From contig NC_087251.1 in assembly GCF_037042905.1 (NCBI RefSeq), positions 806,001 through 870,000 of the forward strand: a stretch of DNA of 64,000 nt, read 5' to 3'. This DNA comes from Lytechinus pictus (Eukaryota). The position numbers and the translations under genes were made by a program. Position 1 is the stretch's first letter. Each line of letters opens with the position of its first letter. Below, piece after piece: positions 1 to 14,468 of the stretch. The notes below the pieces were generated by a model. The model saw only the letters and a program-made list of their open reading frames with translations, searched no databases and was not told the DNA's origin.

Positions 1-53
1 TGTCTCTTCATATTGCAGATAAATTATTTTTGGTTGGTGCTGCTTCTCCCCCT

Positions 54-441
54 AAATACCAGTTGTGGTAATGATCCCAAAATGAGTTTGAACAGAATCC
101 AATGAAACTACCACCAAAGTGTTTGAATGTATAAATTAAAAAAAGTTATGTGCCAAATAGCTCTGGAAGAAAATGAGTAATTGCTGAGAAATAAGCAACA
201 TAAGCACGGAATTCCATCAAATGTCAGGTATTTTTCGAAGCAATATTAATAAACTGTCCCACATATGCTTTTCTGTGTTAGTGATCATGAGAATTATCAA
301 TTTTAAACTAAGATTTCATGAGTTTACAAAGATAAGTTTACATTGATGTATCAGATCTAGATGTATAATATTTCGACAATTAACCTAAATTTAAATACTT
401 TCTCATGAAATCATTGTTTGTTGCAACTGTTGTCTTTATCT
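54..441 (+). mobile_element. Degenerate TTAA-flanked MITE, same family as 52142-52542
   Basis: Colinear similarity with the 52-kb copy (AGTTGTGGTAA.GATC.CAAAATGA...CAGAATCCAATGAAA); ends CT-TTAA. Confidence 0.65.
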
Positions 442-1261
442 TTAAATAATACTTTGCATTCCTCTAGAATCTAAGGGTTTGTATTATCATCTCTACCTCT
501 AAAATGCTGATGTGGGTCTGTATATTGGATCCTGACCCCCTTGATCTTGAAGCTAACAGGTGACATTGAGTAATAGTCAACCATTCAAAACAATAAGTCA
601 CTCAGCTATACAACACAATCATAAATCATAAAACACTTTCCCACTGCTGATACTAGCATCTCTTCCAGCATCCTTATCCATGTGTTCCACATTTAAAAGA
701 CAAGACTTAGTCTACTATATTTCAGCAATGAGAAGTTAATTGACACATAGATAAGATCCCTTTTTCCGAGTCTGGTACAAGTAAAATATGGAATCTCAGG
801 TATTTATGAGAATTTCCTGGTGTGCTTTTCTCAAATAAGAAGAGAGCAGAACTAAGAGAGTAACTGAAGGTTAGTATTTCAATTTCTTGACAACTTACAC
901 TGTATAGGCTCAAAAGCAAACATTATACCAACAGGGAGATTTTGATAAGTTCTGAATTATGAGGGCATATTTGATAGTCTAAATAAAATGAAAGTCAAAA
1001 CAAAGGTAATATGGGCTATGATTTGAGATAATGACATTTATGAATTCGTTATGTTTAATTTCAAACAATTTCCTTTGTTTCGTATATCCAACTTTCTCTT
1101 TCTCATCCCTATTCCTAATCCTATATTTAGAACTTTTTAAGACTCTGTGAATGTGATGCCCATTTAAGCATCTTCTTTCCCCATTATTTCGCATTATTTA
1201 TTTTCAGAATTTACAAGATCTACATCTCTGATGATATGGTAATGACTAACCCTTATTTTAA

Positions 1262-1430
1262 AGGGGAAGTTCACCCTGACAAAAATTTTATTGTAAATAT
1301 AGCAACAACAAAAATTAATTTTGGTGAAGGTTTCAGGAAAATCCGTCAAATATTTAAAAAAGTTTTTTTTTTGTGACGTCATGAAGAAGAGCAGCCCCAA
1401 TTATGTTGTGTAATATAAAATGCATAACAC
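1262..1430 (+). mobile_element. 5' fragment of AGGGGAAGTTCACCCTGA MITE family
   Basis: TTAA-AGGGGAAGTTCACCCTGA start. Full copy at 33785-34274; degenerate pieces near 23540-24000 and 61530-61990. Confidence 0.6.
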
Positions 1431-3580
1431 TTAAAGACAGGCTTTACATATAGGCTTTAAAGTTTTAGCACAAACTTTGTGTATGAACAGGGTGTGTAGA
1501 TCTAGGCTAAGTGCAATGTTGAGAGTTTGCTCAGGCAATCCAAGCAAACAATATCGGTTTCAAACTCTTCTACTCAGAATTTAAATTTACTTCAAATCTC
1601 GTTCCTTGTTCCACTTCCATTTGAACTCTCTGGATATCAGTTTATCAGGTGTCCTATTCATACTTACATCTACAACATATTTTAAATCAATAAACTTTTA
1701 TTATCTCATAATTCATTTTCAGATTTAACTGATAGACTACACATCAACAGAAATATTCAAATAGATGTAAAAGAATGGTTTATTCAGTAGCTTTACAATA
1801 CAATACGCAAATCAGGGTTCTACTTTTAAAATTTATTGAATCGAAAAACAGTTTCATCCCAAATACTAAATCTGAATAGCATACTGCTTGATGTCTAGCT
1901 GCTGATATTTATCTGAACAAGTTTTGTTTCAGTAATGAGTGCTATTTATCAACATCACACCATTTTCAAGAAACTCATCTTGTCACCAATGTTTCTACAT
2001 GATGAAATGCATTTACATATAATCCAATACTTCTCCACACAGTATTTCTCAAGCATTTTGAGATGTTGTTGGGATACGGTTTTCATTTCATCAGTATAGC
2101 ATACACAAATGGAGCATTTGGTTGATGTGGACTTGAAATTCACTCAAAGAATTTATAATTATCAGGGAAATAAAATTTTGGAAATAGCCCTTGAAATACC
2201 TTGGGGTTTCTACTATTTATCACAGGATTAATAATTTTTAACATCACTGTTGAAAATGCCAAGAATGAACTATGCACAGCGATCCATTAGGGACTTGTAG
2301 GTTATAGTCAGTACATGTACATGAGGTTGTCAATTCAAGACATGCATACTCCAGCAATTTGATCTGAGTGTAATAATAGCAAGTCCTTACCTGAACACCA
2401 AAACCTCAATGGTAATATTGACTCAGCAAATACACATGCAGTCCATGTTTTCATTGGGTTCTGTGAAGGTGGCCAAGACTGGCCCTATGGGGCAAGCAGT
2501 GCTTAACCAGCAAGGCAGTGGGATGGGATGAACATGTAGTCAGACCCAGCCAAATTACACAAAGCAATGTTGACATTTTACAGGCAAACAATTTGCTAAG
2601 TTTCTGCCAGGGTCTTTTCTTTGCAGTTCATTTGACCGATTTCTAAAGGTCTGTGTTTTTTCTTCATCCTTCCCATCACTCCCTTTCTCCTCAAATTTAT
2701 TGTACCTCTTATCCCCTTTTTACGTCAAGCAAGTAGACAGATTTTCAACAATCGCATACCCATTAATTACAGCCAATCTATCAAATAGTTGACTAGAAAA
2801 AAGTTGGAACATTTTGCCAATTTTGGGTCATAGCTCATGAGGCAGATGGGACCTTGCAGTGATGTTTATTACTATGATATTCTTTTTAAATGAAAACATT
2901 TTTATTTTAAGAGCTTGAGAGCTAACAATGATTGTTTTCATCTTCCTAACTGCAGTTTCCTTCTTAGACTGGTATAAACCATCAATCAAATGCTTGTTAC
3001 TTTCTTCTGTTCATTGTTTAATAACATTTTGTATATAGAACCCAAGACCAATGTACAAGGGGTCTTTTGCAACTTAGTAAAGGCTTTTTTGGACCTACTG
3101 GGGAAGAATCTTTCTTACCCTTTTGCTTGTTCATGACCATTAAAAGAAACATGTAAAAGAAAGGAAAATTTCTTAATTAGATAAAACGGGAAAAATCTTT
3201 AAAACCATTTACGAATATAGTAAGATTAGTAAAGAATGTACAAAATCAACAACACCTTTAATACCATTACTCATCATTCAAACATTCTCCATTACACATC
3301 ATGTAGGATCTATGAAGCGAAATAAATTAGAAGCAAACACTTCTAATGCCCCATTCTTCATATCATCCTTGTGTTCAGTATTTCTTTCTTGCTGAACACA
3401 ATGTACTCTGGCATACCTACAAGATGCCTGGAAAGATTTGACAAGAATTTCTTTCAATCATCCAAGAATTAAGGAACTTCATCATTATAACTTTCCCTTA
3501 ATGTTTCACAAATTCTCATAGATTTCACATCAGCAACATTAAATTTAAACAAGATGCTTCAATATGTATTCATTGACTAG

Positions 3581-4480
3581 GACACCGTTCTCAATATACT
3601 TTCTAAAACTGGTTTACTGGAAACCGGTTCAGGAAACCACTTTGGAAGATTGCTTTGCTAGCGTTCCCATTTGATCACCCGAAAGTGGTTTTCAAAACCA
3701 CTTCACGTAAAGCGGTCCTATTGCTATGGGAACACTCTCAGTGGGGCGACATGTTTTGCATGAAATTTGAAACCGCAGCGTAGGCATTCCACACACAGCG
3801 TGTGGAGTAGCACGCTTGAAATGTGTGAAGATCACTTCCTGAAGTGTCCTCACTAGGTGGTTTCAGACCGCCTCGAAGTTCGTCAGTTCCAGGTATTCTC
3901 TGATCGGGAGAGTTACCCCGATCAGAAAATACCAGGTATTTTGGTAATGTGAAAGCAAACTACGCGTAATTTCCCCGAAAGAAAATACCCGCTAAATAGT
4001 AGGTACTTGGCGAAATTACGAGAACTTTCGCGGGGATTTTTCCAAGGTCGCAGGTATTTTGGCAATGTGAAAGCAATTTACGGGAACTTTTAGCCCAGCG
4101 TGTCGTTGGGCGCGGGCGCCGTGGGTGGCTGCTGGGCTAGTGGTTTTGAATCTCGCGCCTTGCCTGCTTATTAGACCATACTGCGCATGCTCCTAACTTC
4201 AGGAATTTATCCCGAAGGGTATGTTTCGGGGCGGTGTGAATGCAGGAATAATTAATGGGTATTTTTTAGCCTAAAAATGTTCTAGTAATTTAACGGAGAT
4301 TCTTGTGATCGAGGCGGTTTGAAACCGCCTACGTACGCTAAAACCAGTTTAACGTGGCAAAGCGATCTCCAAAACTACATCGCGATGTGGTTTTCTGAAC
4401 CGGTTTGATGGATCGCTTCCAAGACTGCTTCGACCGTTCTCATTACACTTTAAACTAGTTTTCACTATGAGAACGGCGTC
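3581..4480. mobile_element. MITE (outer) carrying a nested MITE
   Basis: TIR GACACCGTTCTCA / TGAGAACGGCGTC; interrupted at 3856-4329. Confidence 0.7.
3856..4329 (+). mobile_element. TA-flanked MITE, copy 1
   Basis: TIR GGTGGTTTCAGACCGCCTCGA / TCGAGGCGGTTTGAAACCGCC with TA on both sides; near-identical inverted copy at 7268-7740. Confidence 0.85.
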
Positions 4481-5365
4481 TAAGAGAGTATTAGAATCAG
4501 AATTGCATTTGCCAAATGTCATATGTACTAACGGTCCCATTGCCAGCACTGCCCCCATGCAGAAAAATAACTGCATGGACAATTTTGTTTTAGGCAGCTC
4601 CTTCTTGAGACTAGTAAACGATGGTAAAAGATGGACGTAAAGATGTCTAAGATGTTTAAGATATTTAAATTAGGCTCTTGTTTATTGCAACCTGTGATGA
4701 GCTGCTGAAACCATGGAATATGACTGACTGAGGAAGATCTTACATTGTAATAATTAGTTTTGATGACAATTTTTGTAAAGATTCTGCTGATAATGAATCC
4801 TTAAGTTAAAACAATGCACCTGAGCTCCCGTTTCACGCTCTCTCTCCCCCTCTCTCTCTGTCTTTCTCTCTCTTGCTTCTTTCTAAACATTGTTGCCAAG
4901 GTAACAAGATACACGGAGGAAACTTCCAAGTGATTGCAGTGGCTCAGCCAGAGTTCATCTTGCCGAGAAGGATTCTTTAGATCTATTCCAGTTGGGAATG
5001 TTAATTGAAAGCTGCACAATACCAATCAGGGAGACACAATGATTAATTTCCAAAGTCCCCACAGAGAAGCTGGGGTTAGGTTCTCATTACTGACAATACC
5101 AAATTCATGAATCACTGTATATATCTGTATCTGTCTTCCATCATTCAGCTTGCCATATCATTCACATTGTGGTAAGTATTGCTGTAAGTGCATATAAAGA
5201 CTTGTCAAAGGGCTTCTTCAAACCGTAAAGAAACATAATGTGATTGGAGAAGCTTATATCATTAAACAGGCAAAGTAATATTTGTACTCACCGAGAAGCT
5301 TATACCGGTAATTCACATTCTGAATATTGAAATAAATGCAATGTACATGTATTTACAACCTGAGG

Positions 5366-5437
5366 AAAAATTCCCATATTTCAATAGGATCATTTCATGA
5401 AAATTCCCATATTTCAATAGGATCATTTCATGAAAAT
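5366..5437 (+). repeat. Tandem duplication of about 33 bp
   Basis: AAAATTCCCATATTTCAATAGGATCATTTCATG x2. Confidence 0.9.
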
Positions 5438-7267
5438 CCTGAAGTTTAAATTCAGCTTTATAATCCTACTCTGCTCAACTTTCATTCATCCTATCTCCTT
5501 CCTTCCTGCCACCCCCCCCCCCCCCCAAACACACACACATACACACCTTCTGACTATATGCACTGTTCTTGGTACTGAAAGGTTGCATGACTGCACTGGA
5601 ATGAAAATGAAGAAGGGAAATGGGCCATTTAAATTAGCCTTATTACCTGGTAGTAACCTTTCCATCAATCATACAATAGTCATAACACCTGGACTATCAT
5701 AATGACCCCTGCATCCTTTTTGCCTTCTTGTTTCTATTCAGGGTACACATATCTACATGAATCATTTCAAGCACAAAAATATTAAAAATAAGATTTATAA
5801 TCTACCATTAACAATCAGCTTTGATAGCTGATTAGTCTTCTGGTCATATACTCAGTCCTGGCGGTCATACATGTAGTCATGGTTATGATGACCATGAAAA
5901 CAACAGCAAAATAACAGCAAAACAACAATATCAATCATCATAATCATAACAAATTGAAAAATGTATGAAAATATCAGTACCGGTATTCAATATAAATGTA
6001 AATCCTGAAGTGTTGGGGTTCAACACTATTCTGTTTGTCTTAAAATGTTCACATATTGTAATCGTTTTTTTTTTTACAGTATATCTGTTCCATATTGAGA
6101 TGGGGGCATCACAATGTGCTTTCGTAATTGTTATTTTGGTTAAAGGGAAGACATAATTCATAATTTAAATCTGTGATAGAAGAAATGATGGACTAAATCA
6201 GTAACAAAACACAGCTTAATTTCACCATTTAGGATAAATATTTTCTAGTATCTGAATGTAGTTCTCTCATAATAAACCTAACAAATAACGATAAAATCAT
6301 TCTACAAAAGTGTATTAAATAAATGTGATATTAAAATTTTGATAAATTGCTCTACATGTAATTACAAGCATAAAATGAATAGCACTGCAACCCCCTCCCC
6401 CACTCATTCATAATCAATGCTAGTACATGTATGCATATTACAGACATTGTGAATAGACCGGAAGCTACTTGGTCGCAAAACTAATTCAGAATATTTAAGA
6501 ACATAATTATATACAGGTACATGTATTGTTACATACTGACAGCACCAATAATTCACATTTGAGTGGGTGATTCCTGTTTAAATTAGTTTTACCTCATGTA
6601 AAGCAAATTATCTCACCCGAATCATGCAAATTTCTTCAATTTCTTGCTGTTTTTCTAAACAATTTGACAATGAATTTAAAGAGGTACACTACTATTAAAG
6701 AAACTACTGAAAACAACTTGGTCTCCCTTATGACAGCAACACAGGTGTCAGGTGCATGAAAATGACCTGAAAATCCAATCAGTTTATTAATCTCAACTCC
6801 TACCTAATGTGTCAGACATATGCAACAGTGAGCTTCTTCACATGAGTTTTTTTTTATATAAGCAATATGCATATTGAAGTATAAAGAAAATATATACTTG
6901 TATTTTGCTGATAAAAATTCTGATAGTGCATGTGAACAGAAATACAATGTAATTTAAAATTTGGAATTAATAATCAGAGATCTGAAACACTTTCAGCAAA
7001 ATACCATCATTTGCCTGTCTTGATCAAATCTACAAATATTTAATTACCATGGTATCCTTACAGGAAACATAGCTCATCACTTTATTATAATTAGAGTTAT
7101 GTACGTTAAGAACTACAACCTGCAATACAAGTGTCAACATTTCAAACTGTTCTTCAGAAAGGAATTAAATTCTTGTGTGAAAGCTTCCCATAACAGAAGT
7201 CTGTGGTTGTTCAAATGAAACTAATTCCCATCTGGTCTCTCCCTACAATCCAGAAAAAGTGACAATA

Positions 7268-7740
7268 GGCGGTTTCAAACCGCCTCGATCACAAGAATCC
7301 CCGTTAAATTACGAGAACATTTTTAGGCTAAAAAATACCCATTAATTATTCCTGCATTCACACCGCCCCGAAACATACCCTTCGGGATAAATTCCTGAAG
7401 TTAGGAGCATGCGCAGTATGGTTTAATAAGCAGGCAAGGCGCGAGATTCAAAACCACTAGCCCAGCAGCCACCCACGGCGCCTGCGCCCAACGACACACT
7501 GGGCTAAAAGTTCCCGTAAATTGCTTTCACATTGCCAAAATACCTGCGACCTTGGAAAAATCCCCGCGAAAGTTCTCGTAATTTCGCCAAGTACCTACTA
7601 TTTAGCGGGTATTTTCTTTCGGGAAATTACGCGTAGTTTGCTTTCACATTACCAAAATACCTGGTATTTTCTGATCGGGGTAACTTTCCCGATCAGAGAA
7701 TACCTGGAACTGACGAACTTCGAGGCGGTCTGAAACCACC
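7268..7740 (-). mobile_element. TA-flanked MITE, copy 2 (inverted relative to copy 1)
   Basis: Reverse complement of 3856-4329 with only about 7 differences seen by eye; TA flanks. Confidence 0.85.
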
Positions 7741-8480
7741 TAATGTCAGTGACTTGGAAGGATTGTGGTACATGTACATGGAGATAAAGTGACCATGCCA
7801 GTGTGCGCTAGGTCATAAGTTAGCATAGTTTAGCAATGTTGAACTCTAATATGGTTTCTTTTTATAGAAAAAAATGATGTACAAATATCATTTGAAATTG
7901 AATTAATTAATGACAATTTTAATTTTGAACAAGAACATTTCTTTGAAGATGAATTGCACAAGTCCTTTCACAGTCCCATTGCAGTACTATTGATAAATAC
8001 ATGTAGCTGAGGAATAGGGACAAACAAATGTTTACATCAGGTTCACAGAAAACAAGGTATTGTGAAATGTTTTGTTTTTCAATTTGTTCAAATGAGAAGT
8101 AACCTGGCATGACCTTAGAGCAGGATGCCAAGAGAGCCAGATGGTATACCCCAGCAGGGGGTGTGGCCATCCAATCTATGCTCCTCCTACCTCCAAAAGC
8201 ACATACTCCCTCATTGCATGAGAATTATATCTACTGTATGGACACACACAGAGAATAGAATCATACAAACTATTTGTCTGGTTCTTTTATCGAATTTACG
8301 ATGAATTCTGAAGTTGTAATATGTTTGAATAAAAAAGATAATACATATATAACTTAAATTTAAAACAAAACATTAAATAAACTTCATGTATACATACAGT
8401 TAATACACCAGGGGATAAACTATCTGATTAGACATGCATGTACATAACTTGCATGAAATGTTACCATTTTTCAGCCTTCC

Positions 8481-8901
8481 TTAAATGACGTCCTTCACTC
8501 ACTATTTCTTATGTTTTTTATTGTTTGAATTATACAATATTTTATTTTTTACAGATATATGACAATAAGGTCCAACTTGACTGAACCATATAGTATTAAA
8601 ACAATGCCAATTCCACAGGTTCAGCGAGGAATAATTTGTTGTTTCACTTGACAATGAGGAGAAAATTAGAATATTTCATAAAATAAAATACAAAAGAAAT
8701 AGTGAGTGGATGATGTCATCAGTCTCCTTATTTGCATACCTACCGGACTGTGCATATAACTGTTTTGTTAAATTAAGCAAAACTCTAAAATGTCATAACT
8801 TTCTTATTTTACAACCGATTTTGATGAAATTTTCAGTGTTATACTTGTTGGATTTTTCTCTTTTCATTAGAATTAACTTTTTGTTGGAGTGGACTTGTCC
8901 T
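8481..8901 (-). mobile_element. Partial AGGACAAGTCCAC Kolobok-like MITE
   Basis: Ends GTGGACTTGTCCT-TTAA; homologous to 20387-20994 and 26171-26773. Confidence 0.75.
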
Positions 8902-11900
8902 TTAAATACGTGAATTCTACACCCCCCCCCCCCCCCCCCAAAAAAATGAATTAGCTTGGGGCTGTATCAAAACAATGGCAAATATGTGTTCCACATGCTT
9001 GTTGAGATGATTCTTCTACTGATTTTCATTAGAAAGACTTTTCCAACTAATCTTTACTGGTGAAAAATGTGCATCTGTAATTCTGTATTTCAGGTTATTA
9101 CACCCACAACCACTATTTACAATGCAAAGCTGATCAGCTTTACAATCATAGACCAAGATCAAAGAAGATATTATATTCCCTTTACAATAGTGAAGGATAA
9201 TGGTTTTTCCTGCTTCTCTCAAAGAGAAAATGAAGTGCCTTTCAACCAACTCCAAAGGTGAAAGTCTTAATTTGAGATTAGTCGGTCAGTGATACCCCTA
9301 GATTAAAAGTCAAGAGGGCTTTCCTAAAGAACATGGATAAAGAATGGGTTAAGGGGATTATCTTGATCTTTGAACTTGGACCTAAAAGAGACAAAGACCT
9401 CCAAAAGTGTTTGATCTTTTGTTTGGTCTGCCACTCTGCCTATATTTTGACATAGGGCTGGGATAAGCATTCAAAGACCTGGTTATTTCATGGATGATTT
9501 TTATACCTGAACATGTATTACCTGTATAAATGCATTTGGACAGAGTTGGTCCTTCTACATGTATAGCACATCCCTGTGAAATAAAAACTTGGTTTGTATC
9601 AATTCCCTCCTAATCTATTAAGAAATGCAAAGACTATATTTCTTTCTCATCAAAACGTAATAAAGATATATTCTTTCTACACATTTCAATACTTTTCTTC
9701 ATTTTGTTCTTATCTTTTTAGCGCGCTTTTGTATTATATGCGCGAGTAATACATTTACGCGCTCAGCATAGGATGTTTAGCAAGATAAGAAAAAGATAAG
9801 AACAAAAGATAAGAAAAAGATAAGAACGTTTTTAGAATACCAATTTGAGATCGTGACGTAGATAAGAACACAATTAAGATAAGAACGTTTTCAGAATACC
9901 CCCCCAGGTATCTTTCCTTGCATGCACACACCAGTTAGTAGCTCCATGCACACACCAAATCCCATCTCCCTGGTATACACATGATACATGTAATGATAAG
10001 CATGATGAGAGAGAATTGAGAGGAATGAGGGAAATTGTTCTCTGACCATCGCGATCATTGTGAATGTAGGCCTAAAAAGCATGCGAACTGACTACGGGAC
10101 CAACCAGCCAGTACCAGTTAAATTAGTCACCGTTTCCCCCTTTTCTGCACTTAACAGTCATTATAAAGCCGAAGGAAAAATAAGGGATATTATGATTCAT
10201 GTGATATTGGACAAGTCATGTAAGTTTTATAATTTCATCATGTTCATCTGTTTTGTAATTGATGATCCTGATAATTCCTTCACTGTGTCAGTGAACTGCA
10301 TCAAGGACTCCTCATTTTTATATAGTTTTTACTGGTTTTTATTGTACATGTCAATCTTAGACTCCCGTTGCTATATCACCTCTGAATATTAAAACTAACT
10401 CAAATAACCTTCAATATCACTGTAGAAGTACGACGTTGTGTGCATACCAGTACACTACGTGTAGAATGAAAGTTCACATATCGGATACAAAAGTGAAACG
10501 TGAATTAAGGCTGTCATAAACGCCTACCAGTCGTTTTATTCAGCTTGGCAAAACTGATGTACATGTACATGTTCTTTTTCTAATTTATAACAAAATGGCA
10601 CGGTAAAAATCTAATCGGCATGGATAGATCGGATGCTAATAAATTTGAAAAACAAAGTATCGTAGTTTGCGGAAATCCTTTTGTTTTGGGGCAAATCGCC
10701 GGGAAGGGAAAGAAGGGGGAAGAGCTCGTGGAATCGTTCGCTCTCGCTTGTTTCTCATAGGTTTGCGTGCAAATCTCTGTGAACCGTTGGCAATGTGCAG
10801 CGCTCTCGCTGTTATCGATTCACTGTGGTGACCTCATTTTATTACATGTTTGCGTAATGACGATTTCGGGTGATTTTACTACACTGATACATGTAGAATG
10901 TTATCAGTTATAAACTCTTTTTGATAGAAATTGTGTTTTACTGCCAGATTTGCCATGTTGATCATTATCAAATTTTTAGATATAGCCTAGGCCTATACTT
11001 TATTGGTTTAGTGGATGATGTTGAATTTCAAAACACTTTATGTACATCTCACCTGGCAAATGGCTGGAGCCTTCCCCCAAAAGAGTTTAGAGGGACACTA
11101 GAGGTGCATTATTTTAGGGATGGAATCAAACATGTACATGTATTAGGTACATCCAAGGCAACAAGTCACTAGAAGATAATAACTCATGCATCTACATTTT
11201 CACCCCTCTAACAATTTTAACTTATAAACCACAAAATTGGGAATGATTGTTATGGAATTGTAGTAAAAATTAATGATGTTTTTCGTTCTTGCATGTGACT
11301 ATCTCTTCCTCTTCCTCAGTCTCCCCATTTCCCTCTCTCGCCCCCCCCCCCCCCCTTCTCTCTCTCTCTCTCTGTCTAATCCTCATTTTGAATGGGTGCC
11401 ACTCTGCCTGCTACATCATCAGTTTATTGTTGCGCTGCTCCTCCCATCTTGAAAATAAAATACAGATGTCCTGATGATAATGGATATCCCTAGCAACCGA
11501 GGATGACAGGACCAGAGTCGTCTGCAGAAACGTAACTAAGTGTGCATATTATATGGTCCCATAAGCTTGAAATATTATATTCACATATAAATGAGCAAAA
11601 TATCCAAAAATTATCTCTCACATTCAAGTCATAAACAAACCATCGATGCAACTGTTAGTGACAAGGCAATAGTGAACAAAATTTGTAACTTCCCCTGCGG
11701 TTTGGGTCCTTCCTCTATCATAATGACAGAAAACCACTGCAGTTTGGGAAATGCAGTATAAGATGGTATTGATGCTACTATGGTATTTATTGGCAATGGC
11801 ATGGAATAATGACCTAAATTTGTTCAACAATTTCCTGTCCTTACGGATTATTCGCAAAAATTTTGGTTTTGGAGGTGTTTATACACTGAACTATACCTAT

Positions 11901-13860
11901 TAGAATTTACACACAGGCCTATATATGTAATTGATCTAGTCTTTGGCCAGTCATCCTAAATAAAATAACTTTGAAAGAACTGTGATGGAACTATGGACTG
12001 ATTGAGCATAACTAATACACGGACCTTGCTTTTGTGTCTAGTACAACTCATTAATTAAGGGATTGTGTTTCATTGATGAGCCATGCAAAGTTGTTTTAGA
12101 CTTAGCATACCACACAATTGGGAAGACAATGGGTGTATCCCAGGGATCTTTTCATCCACCATTGATCTTCAATTGGTGTAATCCATGAGCATGAGTGCAG
12201 CTCATTGAAGATGTATTGACAGATAAGCATCATGGACATACCACTTCCTGTCAAAATGATCTCTATTTGACTTGGGTACCTAATAACTACTTCTTATGAT
12301 ACACATATATCCTTCCAACTTGCACATCACAACAAATAACCACCTGTGATGTTCATTAACAAACAATCATTTAATTACTGCCAGGGTTAGATTTGGAGTA
12401 CTTCCTACACACCAGCCACATTTGTTATAAAGCAACCATCAAATTATTGTCCTGAAGCAATACCCCAAAAGTGTTCCATGCAAAATTAAAGATAGGGTTA
12501 ATACTGCATTTTGAATTCTTGTTGCACTGCAAACAATAGGTGCATGTACATGTAGATAATGAATTTATGATCAATTCTGGTAACCAATCTAATTGTATAC
12601 AATGGCTATTTGTTACAAATTTACAACAACAAAATTGACCTCCCGGTCATTGTTTTGGGACAACTAAAGAAAATCACATCATTATCACCAATAAAAACGA
12701 GCCCCAAATATAGTATTCTGCCTTTTTGAAAAGGCATTCAAAAGAAGGACATTGTCCCCGGGCAAAAATACAATGGAATGTCAACAAATGGGTGGGACAG
12801 TTGTTCTCTGCTTCATTCAAATGTCCCTGCTATCAAACCATTTATGAAGTAATAAAGGAAATAACTGAAGAAGCCTACATGAGAAACAATTCAAGAAAAA
12901 GGTACATCATGTTACACTAATAAACATTTCTTCATGAGATATCTTTCAAGGGATACTTTCTGAATTGCAATTATTTTTTTATATCAAAGAGAGCATCTTT
13001 ATAAAGAATTTCACAATGCATAATTATAAATGATGATCCTGAGATCTTTTCATCCACAATGGTAGACTGAATACCCACTGTTTGGTGGAGTTTTTAAAAC
13101 ATTTTCTGATTTCTCTGAGTTCTCTACGTATTGAGGGAGGAGATGCTGCAAGAAGTATCTGCTGAGCATATCCTGCAGAGCATATCCTGACAAAAATAGA
13201 CTGATTTTTCAGTCTACCACAATGGTAGCAACATAACAAGACCAGATAAGACTTCCTTGGCTGTGTTCCAGGACTATGCTGGAACCATCTACATTCTGTA
13301 GGTCACCTGAGCTGTGAGAACTCTCTGTTACTAGTCTACAGGCACACACCCTCACATGGATCTTCAAACAAGACACAAAACTTGCTGTAAAACAAAAAGT
13401 TAGACCACTGCCAGGCACTTTAGGCTGCATACTCAGACCAGTTATTTTAGTGAAGGGTTTGCAAAGCAAACTACTCTCATGCCTACCATCATGCAAGAGA
13501 AGAGCAGTGCCTATATGTATGAGATCATATTTTGATTTGATGTAGCCAAGATTCTAGAGTATTAAAAAGGCCTAATTGTACCATACTGATACTGTGATGT
13601 ACCTAGATGATGGCCAGAATAGAAGTTTTTAAACCCTAAACACCCTGGCTCTCCGGATTCTGTATTTCAATTTTATGTGATTCCCAAATTTAATCAGACA
13701 ATGTATTTTACTTTAGAGTTTGCAAAATCCTATCTTGTTGTGACAAAAAAACACTTGTATTATCACAAACATTCAAATGGGTTTTGTTGTTTTTTCACAT
13801 TCAAAGCAGAGACCTGCTCCCATCCTAGCACTCTATTCTAAAGAATGTCATAAACCTTAC

Positions 13861-14088
13861 CTGGTGTAATGGATCCATTTAGGAGACGCATCTCTTGATG
13901 ACACTCATCTAAGTTGTTAAACTGGAAGGGATTGATACAGGTTTGGATATCCTCACTGCAAGCACACTTTCCATTGACTAAGTTACAACCTGAGAAGGAT
14001 TTGATCTCACAATCCATGATGTAAATAGAATCCTCACTATCCTGAGAAGATTCTCCATATGACCCAATCGCATCAGGGTCTCTTTTCT
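13861..14088 (-). CDS. CRIM1: CRIM1-like coding exon 2
   Basis: Acceptor ttcctaatacag| and donor |GTAAGG; 228 nt, phase 1-1, in frame with exon 1. GCNLVNGKCACSEDIQTCINPFQF resembles the vertebrate CRIM1 segment GCNIINGKCEC..TCSNPFEF (recalled, not aligned by tool). No further exon was recognised in 1-13860. Confidence 0.88.
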
Positions 14089-14409
14089 CTGTATTAGGAA
14101 ACAAACATAAAAGGGCTCATTAATAAATGAGAAAAGGGAAACAAGACCAACTAATTTAGTTGTAACACTTCATCTTTGAAGCCAAATAGGTCTCATGATT
14201 CAAGGAATTTACAATATTTCTTGTTAATATCTAGGCCTAGGCCTCAGCAAAATAACAGCTCACAAGAATTTTCCAAAATCTGAATTCGTAAAATTGTTAT
14301 GATGTCCCCTATTCTATCTCTGACATGGCCACTATTGTTTCATAAACCAACCATTATCAAAATTTTATAAAGGTTAACCAAATAGAAGCATCTCTTCTGA
14401 AATATAATT

Positions 14410-14468
14410 TGCCTCCGACGAAGATTCTGCTAGGATCGAAAGCTTAGGCCCCTTTTTTACTTTCTTTT
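14410..14468 (+). ncRNA. Minimal hammerhead-ribozyme-like motif (Penelope-type) as a 59-bp insertion
   Basis: GCCT-CCGACGA-A-GATTCT/gct/AGGATC-GAAA-GCTT-AGGC, flanked by the 12-bp direct repeat TGAAATATAATT (14398-14409, 14469-14480). Confidence 0.6.

Noticed and set aside
2385..2460. Possible CRIM1 exon 3 ending at a minus-strand GTAAGG donor
   Set aside because: The upstream sequence shows no Cys-rich CRIM1-like coding pattern.
7710..7738. CTGACGA...GAAA as a second hammerhead
   Set aside because: No convincing stems I-III; it lies in a MITE TIR.
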